This document shows, one piece after another, positions 1-8,359 of a DNA stretch of 64,000 nucleotides; positions within the stretch are counted from its first letter, which is position 1; each line of letters begins with the position of its first letter. The notes beneath the pieces are model-generated. The model saw only the letters and a program-made list of their open reading frames with translations, was not told the origin of the DNA and searched no databases. The DNA is from Bacteroidales bacterium (GTDB lineage Bacteria > Bacteroidota > Bacteroidia > Bacteroidales > WCHB1-69). The stretch is taken from contig JAIKYR010000071.1 of NCBI GenBank assembly GCA_024682995.1, positions 17,883 to 81,882 on the forward strand. Reading direction: 5' to 3'. The position numbers and the translations under genes were made by a program.

Positions 1-636
1 AAGGTGGTGTGGAAGGACATCAAGCTCCGCACCTTCATCACCGAAGGCAGCACTCGCAACGACCTGGCCGCGCACGTCTATGACATAACCTTCAACTCCA
101 TCCGGCCTGGCATTGACAATCTGGTGGTCATGGACGACAGCATTGTGCGGGGAACCACCATGCGGGAAAGCATCCTGAAAATCTTAGGGCGACTGCAACC
201 GAAGAAAATCGTGGTGGTGAGCTCCGCCCCGCAAATCCGCTATCCCGACTTTTACGGCATCGACATGGGATATATTGGGGAGTTCATCGCCTTCCAAGCT
301 TGTATCTCATTACTAAAAGAAAGAAAAATGGAGCATTGGGTGGAACAGGTGTATGAAGGCTGCCGGCAATATCGCGCGGATGCATTGCGGCAGCTATACG
401 AACCATTCTCGGCGGAAGAGTTGAATGTGAAAATGGTCAAACTGTTGAGACCTGCGGATGTGAATTGCCCGATAGAGCTGGTCTTCCAATCGTTGGAAGG
501 GCTTCACAAGGCCATCCCGAACAATCCGGGCGACTGGTATTTCTCCGGACATTATCCCACAAAGGGAGGAAGCCGTCTCGCCTGTCGGAGTTTTGTGGAT
601 TGGTATGAGAAGGAATGGATGCCCATTCAGAAATAA
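1..636 (+). CDS. purF: Amidophosphoribosyltransferase, C-terminal part (5' end outside window)
   Basis: Frame-1 ORF open from base 1; PRPP-binding loop VVMDDSIVRGTTMRESI and YPDFYGIDM are typical of PurF; followed by pyrG. Confidence 0.8.
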   Translation, partial: KVVWKDIKLRTFITEGSTRNDLAAHVYDITFNSIRPGIDNLVVMDDSIVRGTTMRESILKILGRLQPKKIVVVSSAPQIRYPDFYGIDMGYIGEFIAFQACISLLKERKMEHWVEQVYEGCRQYRADALRQLYEPFSAEELNVKMVKLLRPADVNCPIELVFQSLEGLHKAIPNNPGDWYFSGHYPTKGGSRLACRSFVDWYEKEWMPIQK

Positions 637-674
637 GACATTTGAATAATCAGGAACAATATAAAACATCGTAT

Positions 675-2264
675 ATGAAACGCTATATTTTTGTGACAGG
701 AGGTGTGGTCTCCTCATTAGGCAAGGGAATCATTTCGGCCAGCATCGGCAAGCTGCTGCAGGACCGCGGGTACTCAATCACTATCCAGAAGTTCGACCCC
801 TACATCAACATTGACCCCGGCACGCTGAACCCTTACGAACATGGCGAATGTTATGTGACCGTGGACGGCATGGAAACCGATCTGGACTTGGGTCATTACG
901 AACGGTTTACGGGAATCCGGGCCACCCGTGACAACTCGATCACCACGGGCAGGATCTATAAGACGGTTATCGACAAGGAGCGTCACGGCGACTACTTGGG
1001 CAAGACCATCCAGGTGGTACCTCACATCACCGATGAGATCAAGCGTAGGATGTTGCGTGAGGACGATGTTGACTTTGTGATCTCGGAAATCGGGGGCACC
1101 ATCGGCGACATAGAGTCGGCCCCGTTTTTGGAGGCCATCCGCCAGCTGAAATGGGAGTTGGGCAGTCGTGCCGTGAGTGTGCACCTCACCTACGTGCCCT
1201 ACCTGAAGGCCGCCGACGAACTGAAAACGAAGCCCACGCAGCATTCCGTGAAAGAGATGCAGGGGGCCGGCATACAACCCGACGTGCTCGTTTTGCGCAC
1301 GGAGAAGCATCTCTCCGATGGCATACGCCAGAAGGTGGCCTCCTTCTGCAATGTGGACCTCGAGTGCGTGGTGCAGAGCGAGGATTTGCCCAGCATTTAT
1401 GAAGTGCCGGTTAACATGCAGCGACAGGGACTGGATGCCGCCATCCTGCGCAAATTCGGCGTGCCGGTAGGTGAGACCCCCGACATGAAAGCGTGGCACC
1501 ATTTTCTGGAACTTCAGCAGACCGCCCAGAAAGAGGTGCGCGTGGGACTGGTGGGCAAATACGACCTCCAAGACGCCTACAAGAGCATCCGGGAGAGCCT
1601 TTCCCTGGCGGGCACCTATAACCATGTGAAGGTGAAGATCGAGTTCATCAACAGCGAGATTATCACGGACGAAAATGTGGAAGAAAAGCTCTCCAACGTG
1701 GCGGGCGTGCTGGTATGTCCCGGTTTCGGGCAACGCGGGATTGAGGGGAAGATTTCGGCTGTGAAGTATGCGCGTACCCACAATGTTCCTGTCTTCGGTA
1801 TCTGCTTAGGTATGCAGATGATGGTGATTGAATTTGCCCGTAATGTGTTGGGATACCGTGATGCCAATTCCATGGAGATGGATGCCGCCACCACTCACAA
1901 TGTGATAGACCTGATGGAAGAGCAGAAATCCGTGACCAATATGGGTGGCACCATGCGTTTGGGGGCATACGACTGCACCCTCCGTACTGGCAGCCGCGTG
2001 GCGGACATCTATGGCACGCTCCATATCAGCGAGCGTCACCGTCACCGTTATGAGTTCAACAACCGGTATAAGGAGGAATATGAAAAAAATGGTATGCAAT
2101 GCACGGGCGTGAATCCGGAGAACGGACTGGTGGAGATTGTGGAGCTGCCCGCGCACCGCTGGTTCATCGGAACGCAGTTCCATCCGGAATACTCCAGCAC
2201 CGTGCTGCATCCCCATCCCCTGTTCCTTGATTTTGTCAAAACCTGCAAGGAAGAACCCTGTTAG
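675..2264 (+). CDS. pyrG: CTP synthase
   Basis: ORF 615-2264; ATG at 675 gives canonical N-terminus MKRYIFVTGGVVSSLGKG; glutamine amidotransferase motifs GICLGMQ and HRHRYEFN. Confidence 0.95.
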   Translation: MKRYIFVTGGVVSSLGKGIISASIGKLLQDRGYSITIQKFDPYINIDPGTLNPYEHGECYVTVDGMETDLDLGHYERFTGIRATRDNSITTGRIYKTVIDKERHGDYLGKTIQVVPHITDEIKRRMLREDDVDFVISEIGGTIGDIESAPFLEAIRQLKWELGSRAVSVHLTYVPYLKAADELKTKPTQHSVKEMQGAGIQPDVLVLRTEKHLSDGIRQKVASFCNVDLECVVQSEDLPSIYEVPVNMQRQGLDAAILRKFGVPVGETPDMKAWHHFLELQQTAQKEVRVGLVGKYDLQDAYKSIRESLSLAGTYNHVKVKIEFINSEIITDENVEEKLSNVAGVLVCPGFGQRGIEGKISAVKYARTHNVPVFGICLGMQMMVIEFARNVLGYRDANSMEMDAATTHNVIDLMEEQKSVTNMGGTMRLGAYDCTLRTGSRVADIYGTLHISERHRHRYEFNNRYKEEYEKNGMQCTGVNPENGLVEIVELPAHRWFIGTQFHPEYSSTVLHPHPLFLDFVKTCKEEPC

Positions 2265-2278
2265 GGGCTCGATGAGAG

Positions 2279-2312
2279 TTTGTAGAGATGCGCCATGGCA
2301 CGTCTCTACAAA
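2279..2312. repeat. 34-bp palindromic hairpin 15 nt after the pyrG stop (possible terminator or boundary element)
   Basis: tttgtagaga (2279-2288) pairs with tctctacaaa (2303-2312) around a gccatggc core; no U-run on either strand, so terminator function is uncertain. Confidence 0.6.
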
Positions 2313-2316
2313 TCGT

Positions 2317-2438
2317 GCGGCCGTAGGCGTAGAAGGTGATGGTGGAGAAGCCGGCGAGCGGGGTGTGTATCATCACGCTCGACACCGCATCGTAGGGGAT
2401 GAAGTCGGTGTTGTGGTGCAACAGCGCCGGTGTTTTGA
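2317..2438 (-). pseudogene. Copy A: internal fragment of the small gene at 3953-4189
   Basis: About 122 bp aligning to 4022-4143 with about 5 mismatches by eye (translated HHNTDFIPYDAVSSVMIHTPLAGFSTITFYAYGR); both gene ends are missing. Confidence 0.75.
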
Positions 2439-2503
2439 CAAACGTATGGACACAAAAAGGTCAAACAAAGAGGGGGAAGATATAACACTATTGAGCGTAT
2501 GTG

Positions 2504-3823
2504 TTATTTTCCCAACAGGAAAGGAATGACACCCATATACATCACGCCATCCTCATCGGTCCATGGAGTGACATTGCCATCCAGCACCACTACTTTGCGA
2601 AACGAGTCGCGAGTGTGATGAAGAGAGAAGGTCTCCTGTTGTTTCTTCTCGTCAGTATCGATGTTGAGGGCGGATTGAATATACATCTTCTCCTTTGCCG
2701 TATTGACGATAAAATCAATCTCATACTGCGCTTGATGACGTTTGCCATTCACCACCCGCTCAACTTCAACCACGCCCACATCGACGCTATGTCCACGGCG
2801 TATTAACTCATTATATATCATATTTTCCATCAAATGAGAGCGCTCTTGTTGTCGGAAATTAAGGCGTGCATTGCGAAGACCCAGATCCATAGCATAGTAT
2901 TTCTTGATATTCTCAAAATACCGTTTGCCTTTGACGTCATACCGCTCCGCTGCAGAAACAAGATAAGCGTCTTCAAGGAAACCCAAATAGTTCTTTATGG
3001 TTGGGTCAGTGGTTTCAAGCGACATTACGGTTTTAATTGTGTTGGCTAATTTATGCGGATTGGACAGTGAACCGACAGCCGAATAAATGGCATTGGTCAA
3101 AGCATCAATGACCACATCGTCTTTGAGCTTATATCGCTCCACAATATCTTTGATATATACATTTCTGTGCAGATCGGACAGATATTTGCGCTTCTCGTTT
3201 TCGTCAGGTTCCAACACAGCCAAAGGCATACCGCCAAAAGTAAGGTATTGCTCCAAAGCATCCGCCTTTTCCAATCCTGCAAACGCATAATACTCTGCAA
3301 AAGATAACGGATAGACCTTGATTTCGCTCCCTCGATCGCGGAAATGGGTGACAATGTCCTTGGATAACATTTTACTGTTACTGCCCGTCACATAGACATC
3401 CATGTTCGATTGCGCTCGCAAACCGTTCAAGATGTCATAGAACGTGATATAGAGTTGGTCCCTGTCTTCTTCTAGCACCTGAGATTCTTCCACATCTGCA
3501 TTCTTAATCTTGTAACTTCGCTGGATTTCATCAATAAAAACATAGTATCTGCGCCGTTTGTCTTTGCAACGGGAGAGCACATGTTCAAACAGGGTTTTAG
3601 GATTACGATAGGCTGCATGAGATGGATTCTCCAAATCTATTTCCACAAAACAATTGGCATTAACACCTTTGTCAAGCAGATACCGCTTGTACAGGTGGGA
3701 TAATAGGTATGATTTTCCAGATCGGCGCAGACCAGTGATAATCTTCACTTTACCATTCCAACTTTTAGCAAATAGTTGCTCCACATAATCGTTTCTTGAG
3801 ATGACCATAAGGCGTTCACACAA
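2504..3823 (-). CDS. AAA+ ATPase with C-terminal DUF4143-type (restriction-endonuclease-like) domain, copy 1
   Basis: 439-aa ORF; Walker A GLRRSGKSYLL, Walker B-like YVFIDEIQ, C-terminal YEIDFIV motif; this architecture is common in Bacteroidetes. Confidence 0.8.
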   Translation of the reverse strand: MCERLMVISRNDYVEQLFAKSWNGKVKIITGLRRSGKSYLLSHLYKRYLLDKGVNANCFVEIDLENPSHAAYRNPKTLFEHVLSRCKDKRRRYYVFIDEIQRSYKIKNADVEESQVLEEDRDQLYITFYDILNGLRAQSNMDVYVTGSNSKMLSKDIVTHFRDRGSEIKVYPLSFAEYYAFAGLEKADALEQYLTFGGMPLAVLEPDENEKRKYLSDLHRNVYIKDIVERYKLKDDVVIDALTNAIYSAVGSLSNPHKLANTIKTVMSLETTDPTIKNYLGFLEDAYLVSAAERYDVKGKRYFENIKKYYAMDLGLRNARLNFRQQERSHLMENMIYNELIRRGHSVDVGVVEVERVVNGKRHQAQYEIDFIVNTAKEKMYIQSALNIDTDEKKQQETFSLHHTRDSFRKVVVLDGNVTPWTDEDGVMYMGVIPFLLGK

Positions 3824-3867
3824 TAAATTTAGTCGGAATTACGACCATTATTAAAGTACAATGGCGG

Positions 3868-3875
3868 CAAAAATA
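3868..3875 (-). promoter_or_regulatory. -7 promoter box (TAnnTTTG) for the ATPase at 2504-3823
   Basis: Minus-strand TATTTTTG, 45 nt upstream of the ATG at 3823. Confidence 0.55.
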
Positions 3876-3952
3876 CAAATAAAATCGAAATGCAGTTTAA
3901 CCAAACAAATTTTTTTTTGAGAATTGCCCGACAATAAAAGTTTCTTTGACCT

Positions 3953-4189
3953 TCACCTCCCCTCCACCAGCCGTTTCATCTCCCGCACCTCGCGCTGGAG
4001 GAACCCGTGGACGCGGATCTCGCGCCCGTAGGCGTAGAAGGTGATGGTGGAGAAGCCGGCGAGCGGGGTGTGTATCATCACGCTGGACACCGCCTCGTAG
4101 GGGATGAAGTCGGTGTTGTGGTGCAACAGTGCCGGCGTTTTGATGGTGACGCCCTCATCGTTGAAGATGATGGTGGGCGGGAACAGCAC
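3953..4189 (-). CDS. Small 78-aa protein, possibly bacterial PH-like (copy B, longest copy); may itself be 5'-truncated
   Basis: ORF starts with GTG and has no in-frame ATG near the 5' end. The frame is open right up to, and in frame with, the RloB stop codon at 4220-4222. Sequence: LFPPTIIFNDEGVTIKTPALLHHNTDFIPYEAVSSVMIHTPLAGFSTITFYAYGREIRVHGF. Confidence 0.45.
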   Translation of the reverse strand: MLFPPTIIFNDEGVTIKTPALLHHNTDFIPYEAVSSVMIHTPLAGFSTITFYAYGREIRVHGFLQREVREMKRLVEGR

Positions 4190-4219
4190 GTTGGATTCGG
4201 AAACGACAAATGTAAAGGA

Positions 4220-4780
4220 TTATTGCCTATAATTCTCAATTGCTTCTAACAGCTTGTATATGGAAGATGATGGATTGCTATTTCCCGCAAGAGTTTTTGC
4301 ACGTTCAACGGCCATTTTTTTGTTCTCCCACAAAGCCTTTTTTTGAGAATCGGAAAGATTGGGTTTTTGGTAATTAAGCCAATTTTCACCTGCTTTTCGC
4401 AAAGTACGAATGCACTGTTCTGACTGCAATTCTGCCGTTTGCCGTTGAAAATGTAATAAAAACCACAATTCAATGCAGGGGCTACTACATAACCATACAG
4501 CCTTGCATGATTTCAGTTTCTCCACCACTGGAGCAACATCCAGGTCATACATCAAAAAGGTTGATATTTGCTCTTCTTTGGATATTTTTAATTCATTCTG
4601 TTGTCGGCTTATCAATCGTTGTGAGATGTTAGACCCCGCCGTTTTAGGTACAATTTTAATAGGCGATTTGTACTGCCGTCTGATAAAATCCACATAGTTT
4701 TCTTCCGTCTCACCTTCGCAGAAGACGAGAAAAACGGGTTTCATCCTTCTTGGTTTATTTCGCTCTCTCCCTTTCCCCAT
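4220..4780 (-). CDS. RloB-like (Toprim-like) protein, AbiLii-like partner of the upstream ATPase
   Basis: 186-aa ORF; N-terminal KPVFLVFCEGETEENYV matches the RloB-family CEGexTExxY signature; start lies 1 nt after the upstream ATPase stop. Confidence 0.75.
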   Translation of the reverse strand: MGKGRERNKPRRMKPVFLVFCEGETEENYVDFIRRQYKSPIKIVPKTAGSNISQRLISRQQNELKISKEEQISTFLMYDLDVAPVVEKLKSCKAVWLCSSPCIELWFLLHFQRQTAELQSEQCIRTLRKAGENWLNYQKPNLSDSQKKALWENKKMAVERAKTLAGNSNPSSSIYKLLEAIENYRQ

Positions 4781-4781
4781 A

Positions 4782-6014
4782 TTAATCCTCTAATAATTTT
4801 TTCAAACTACCCACAGACGAACTGACTAACGGGATGGCGTCAAAGCGTCCTTGCTTATAGCCTTTTTCCGCATCCATATTGTCCCTGAATTCCTTGAAGT
4901 CGTATAGTGAATACACTTCTGTGGAGCCGTCATTTTTTTTGTTGACAAATAGAATCTGATCCTTTCTCATACGAGTCATATCGATCAGATTGGTGTTATG
5001 CGAGGTAAACAAAAGCTGGGCGTTTGTTGAAGCATGTATCAGATCCAAAATGAAATCAGCTAAAAGCGTGTGCAAACTTAGATCAAACTCATCGATCATC
5101 AATGCTTTCTTGTTTTTTACCACATCAAGCAACCGCAACAACACACCAAACAGCTGACGCGTTCCATTTGATTCCTCTGTTGCCATATCAAATGGAATTT
5201 GAGGAGCAAACTTATGATAGGTTAGAAATCTGACTATTTCAACCTCTTGCAGTTTGGATGGGGTAGCATTCTCACCAAAAGACACGCTCCATTGCTGGCC
5301 TTTTTCTTTGCGCAACTCAATATTACAGATGTCGCTGTCGCATACATTCAATGCCTCAAGAACAATTTTTTTGTATTTTTCAAAAAGAGATTCGATACTG
5401 GAGTCGCTCAACGGGACAAGATCCAACAAGAAGGTGTTTAAGAAATATTGGAACAGTCTTTGGGCAAACTCCCTATTCATGGAACTCGCACGACTTAAAA
5501 ACAGGTTCTTCCTGCTGGTGTTGAAAGCCACATCCTTGGCTCGAGGGATGGCACCTTCCGCAAAGGAAAAATCATCTCCCTGCCGTGAGAATATTTTTGC
5601 CCGCCTTTTATTGGGATAATGATACAGGCTCTCCTCCAAAATTTCATTACGTGTAAGAGAGAACGAATATTCGTACTCGATTTCTTCACAAACAAAATTC
5701 ACCAAAAACCGACTTGGCCTTTGATCCCATCCGTCGAATTTGAAAGGTTGGAAATTAAAAACCGTATTTTCGTTGTACAGATGCGACTCAAAAATCAAAT
5801 GGCAGCAACAGTTTATGGCCTTGACGATGTTTGATTTGCCTGAAGCATTCGGACCGAACAAGCCGATGGTTTTCAGTATCGTTTGACCGTTCCACTCCAT
5901 AACATTCTGCGACAGCAACCTACCTTGTTTCGTATTGATATTCCCCGCACGGAAATCAATGGAAACTTTCTCTTTAATGGAGAAGAAATTCTCTAATTCG
6001 ATTTTTAACAGCAT
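4782..6014 (-). CDS. AAA_15/AAA_21-type ABC-like ATPase (AbiLi / AriA / OLD-class)
   Basis: ORF 4782-6044; start placed at ATG 6014 (MLLKIELENFFSIK) because a -7 box sits at 6042-6049; Walker A GLFGPNASGKSN, Walker B ALMIDEFDLSLH, LLFTSHN. Confidence 0.75.
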   Translation of the reverse strand: MLLKIELENFFSIKEKVSIDFRAGNINTKQGRLLSQNVMEWNGQTILKTIGLFGPNASGKSNIVKAINCCCHLIFESHLYNENTVFNFQPFKFDGWDQRPSRFLVNFVCEEIEYEYSFSLTRNEILEESLYHYPNKRRAKIFSRQGDDFSFAEGAIPRAKDVAFNTSRKNLFLSRASSMNREFAQRLFQYFLNTFLLDLVPLSDSSIESLFEKYKKIVLEALNVCDSDICNIELRKEKGQQWSVSFGENATPSKLQEVEIVRFLTYHKFAPQIPFDMATEESNGTRQLFGVLLRLLDVVKNKKALMIDEFDLSLHTLLADFILDLIHASTNAQLLFTSHNTNLIDMTRMRKDQILFVNKKNDGSTEVYSLYDFKEFRDNMDAEKGYKQGRFDAIPLVSSSVGSLKKLLED

Positions 6015-6041
6015 AACAGCCTTGTTTTTGAAAAATCGCTG

Positions 6042-6049
6042 CAAAAATA
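6042..6049 (-). promoter_or_regulatory. -7 promoter box for the ATPase/RloB pair
   Basis: Minus-strand TATTTTTG, 28 nt upstream of ATG 6014. Confidence 0.55.
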
Positions 6050-6131
6050 CAAATTATAATCGAAATAATATAGGTTGTTGATAACTTTTTTATCATATCC
6101 AAGACGTCCGACCAAATTCTATTCCTGCCCT

Positions 6132-6253
6132 TTCACCTCTCCTCCACCAACTCCTTCATCTCCCGCACCTCGCGCTGCAGGAAGCCGTGGACGCGAATCT
6201 CGCGACCGTAGGCGTAGAAGGTGATGGTGGAGAAGCCGGCGAGCGGGTTGTGT
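6132..6253 (-). pseudogene. Copy C: 3'-terminal fragment of the small gene at 3953-4189
   Basis: About 122 bp aligning to 3952-4073 (roughly 90 percent identical by eye), including the stop-codon region; ends 4 nt from the stop of the gene at 6258. Confidence 0.75.
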
Positions 6254-6257
6254 CTTA

Positions 6258-6581
6258 TCAACCTTTATTCTCTTTTAGAAAAGTTAGCGTCTCCTTTTTC
6301 TTCAATTTGTTTGTCTTTGCAGGATACTGTTGCTTGAAGATGCTGAATTGAGGTACAATATTGTTTACATTTACGAGCATTTCAAACATGAAGCACTCTC
6401 GGTGTGTTTTTTGATCATTTTCGGAAAACCATTCGCATTCGGCTTCCTCAAGATCAATGTCCACCACCATCATAACGGGTCCTCCGGTCTTCAACATTAC
6501 CATGTCGCCGATGCCACACCCTTTGCGTTTTGCCCGTCGTTTCATGAAATTCAGAAGTAGGAGGTCGGATAACAAGCCCAT
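6258..6581 (-). CDS. DUF2158 (YodC-like) small protein; start uncertain
   Basis: Motif GDMVMLKTGGPVMMVV...CEWF resembles the DUF2158 core; an alternative start at M13 (6545) is possible. Confidence 0.55.
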   Translation of the reverse strand: MGLLSDLLLLNFMKRRAKRKGCGIGDMVMLKTGGPVMMVVDIDLEEAECEWFSENDQKTHRECFMFEMLVNVNNIVPQFSIFKQQYPAKTNKLKKKETLTFLKENKG

Positions 6582-6605
6582 AATTTCAATATTTTCACCT
6601 TTTCC

Positions 6606-8285
6606 CTAATCTTTTACACAACGGACAGAAAGGAAGACAGAAGTATCATAACGTCTTTTATTTACTGTTGAACTATAATAACTTAAGTTGCAACAAGCCC
6701 AAGCAGCTGTCGAATAATCTTGTTGTGTAGAACTCCAAAAGTAGGACTCTTCGCTGAATCCTTCTATGTTATCAAAAAAACCACCAGCTGGTAATGCACT
6801 GAAACCTGTTGCGTCATTTCTACCTTGTTCAAAACCCACTGCATTATTGCTCTCTGCCCTTTTCCAACTTGTTGTCGATGCAAGCGACTTGGCAATATCT
6901 TCTTTATAAGAAGGATTACTTCTATATTGGGTTTGACTTCCCACATAGTTTAAGAGTTGTTCCCATTCATAAATACTCGGAATATGCCAGCCATTGGGAC
7001 AGATCCCTTGTACATGACTGGGGTTGTCTTTACTTGATGATTCATTGCGCATTATGGTTGTCCAATCATACAAAAGACCAAAGACGTTTTTATAAGAAGA
7101 TGTGCCGTTTGGATATTTTACCTTTGGAATAGAGCGGGTGGTACCATCTACATATTTTCTTTCTATCATAGGAATAGAGGTTCCATCTGCATATTTAGTA
7201 GTGCGCAGATTCTCTTTCATCCAGCATTGTTGGCCTATTTTTACTGTTTTATAGACATTGCCTTCAACATCGGTAACAGTGTGTGCTTCAGGGCATTGCC
7301 ATTTAGAAGCCTCCACACTTTCAAACTCACTTTCTGAAGCAAGAGGTATGTATAATCGAGACTCGTTATCTGCCTTAAGTACATAGTATTTTTTCAGGAA
7401 AATATCATATCCTATGTTATAAGTAGACGTTCCTCCTGAGATTGTGCTGACTATTTTTTGATATAACTCCTCAGACATATACGAAATAGGTGAACCCTCT
7501 AAATTTGTTGCTTTAAAAGCATTTCTTAAATCAAAGCGGTTCCGCATCTTTGTATCGATACAAGCATCCTTGCCATTAATGTTGAAATGGTAACAAAAAT
7601 AATCTTGAAAAGGTTTCAAACCCGTATTTAAGTCAGACGTCATAGTGTTTGTCGAGCAGTATAGACCAAGATCATGTATGTCTTTATCAGATAATATACT
7701 GTCTATTAAATATTTGCGACTAATTTCAATTGTTTTTTCATCAGAGCCCAAACAAAAACCATTCTCAAAGTAATATTGTATTACATCACTGTTTTTTTCT
7801 TTTTTTAATGACCACCATCCTGTAGCATGTCCAGAATTGTCAAATTTCCCTTTCATGAGAGCATTATCATTTAAGGAATGGGATATTTGTTTTAGTTCGA
7901 AATCTCCTACCAACTTGTTATCCTCGTTTATAGAATATTTATAAACAAGAATCTCATCGCCAGTACCTTTTTCAACATAATCCACGCTTACAAGTTTGTT
8001 ATTACTATACATAAGTTTGCATGTAATGTTGGGGGAAGTGATGCTACCTTCTCCATCCAAAATCCCGTTTTTGAAATTCAATGAGAGGGTTCCTTTGTTG
8101 AGTTTTACAGTGAAGAGCCCATGTTTTGTAATGTCCCCTAATTCATCTTCATAACCAGTATAAGACACATCGTTAGATTCTGCTCCACCAGGACAATAAG
8201 AATGATACGTTTTTAATTGTTGGTTCTGTGCAAAGACCACATCTGCCACAAAGGCAAATAACAACAAGAAGTAAAATTTATTCAT
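6606..8285 (-). CDS. Secreted protein with C-terminal FISUMP (Fibrobacter succinogenes major paralogous) domain
   Basis: ATG at 8285 gives signal peptide MNKFYFLLLFAFVADVVFAQ. C-terminus has VTDVEGNVYKTVKIGQQCWMKENL, GLLYDW, CPNGWHIPS..EW, ALPAGG, YFWSST. N-terminal part has MORN/YwqK-like repeats (FKNGILDGEG). Confidence 0.75.
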   Translation of the reverse strand: MNKFYFLLLFAFVADVVFAQNQQLKTYHSYCPGGAESNDVSYTGYEDELGDITKHGLFTVKLNKGTLSLNFKNGILDGEGSITSPNITCKLMYSNNKLVSVDYVEKGTGDEILVYKYSINEDNKLVGDFELKQISHSLNDNALMKGKFDNSGHATGWWSLKKEKNSDVIQYYFENGFCLGSDEKTIEISRKYLIDSILSDKDIHDLGLYCSTNTMTSDLNTGLKPFQDYFCYHFNINGKDACIDTKMRNRFDLRNAFKATNLEGSPISYMSEELYQKIVSTISGGTSTYNIGYDIFLKKYYVLKADNESRLYIPLASESEFESVEASKWQCPEAHTVTDVEGNVYKTVKIGQQCWMKENLRTTKYADGTSIPMIERKYVDGTTRSIPKVKYPNGTSSYKNVFGLLYDWTTIMRNESSSKDNPSHVQGICPNGWHIPSIYEWEQLLNYVGSQTQYRSNPSYKEDIAKSLASTTSWKRAESNNAVGFEQGRNDATGFSALPAGGFFDNIEGFSEESYFWSSTQQDYSTAAWACCNLSYYSSTVNKRRYDTSVFLSVRCVKD

Positions 8286-8359
8286 AATCAAATAATTTAT
8301 TTTTTTGCCTACCTCCTTTAACGCGAATCGGCATTTTCGTTTTATGTTCCTCTGAGAAT

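Noticed and set aside
774-1781. 335-aa ORF antisense to pyrG. Similar long antisense ORFs: 13591-14316, 15344-15868, 17738-18613, 18743-20215, 22676-23461, 24231-24854, 31247-32047, 33030-33638, 39288-40127, 58124-59581
   Set aside because: Each lies entirely inside a well-supported gene on the other strand. They have low-complexity, Arg/Gly/His-rich translations typical of antisense frames in GC-rich coding DNA, and I recognise no family motifs in them.
2137-2529. 130-aa plus-strand ORF spanning the pyrG 3' end, the palindrome and copy A
   Set aside because: It reads through a hairpin and the antisense of a gene fragment. The same applies to 4007-4249 opposite the small gene.
4189-4222. Programmed stop-codon readthrough fusing RloB to the small ORF (same frame, 11 codons apart)
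   Set aside because: The in-frame arrangement is more simply explained by an insertion junction inside an older gene. No readthrough context or recoding signal is recognisable.
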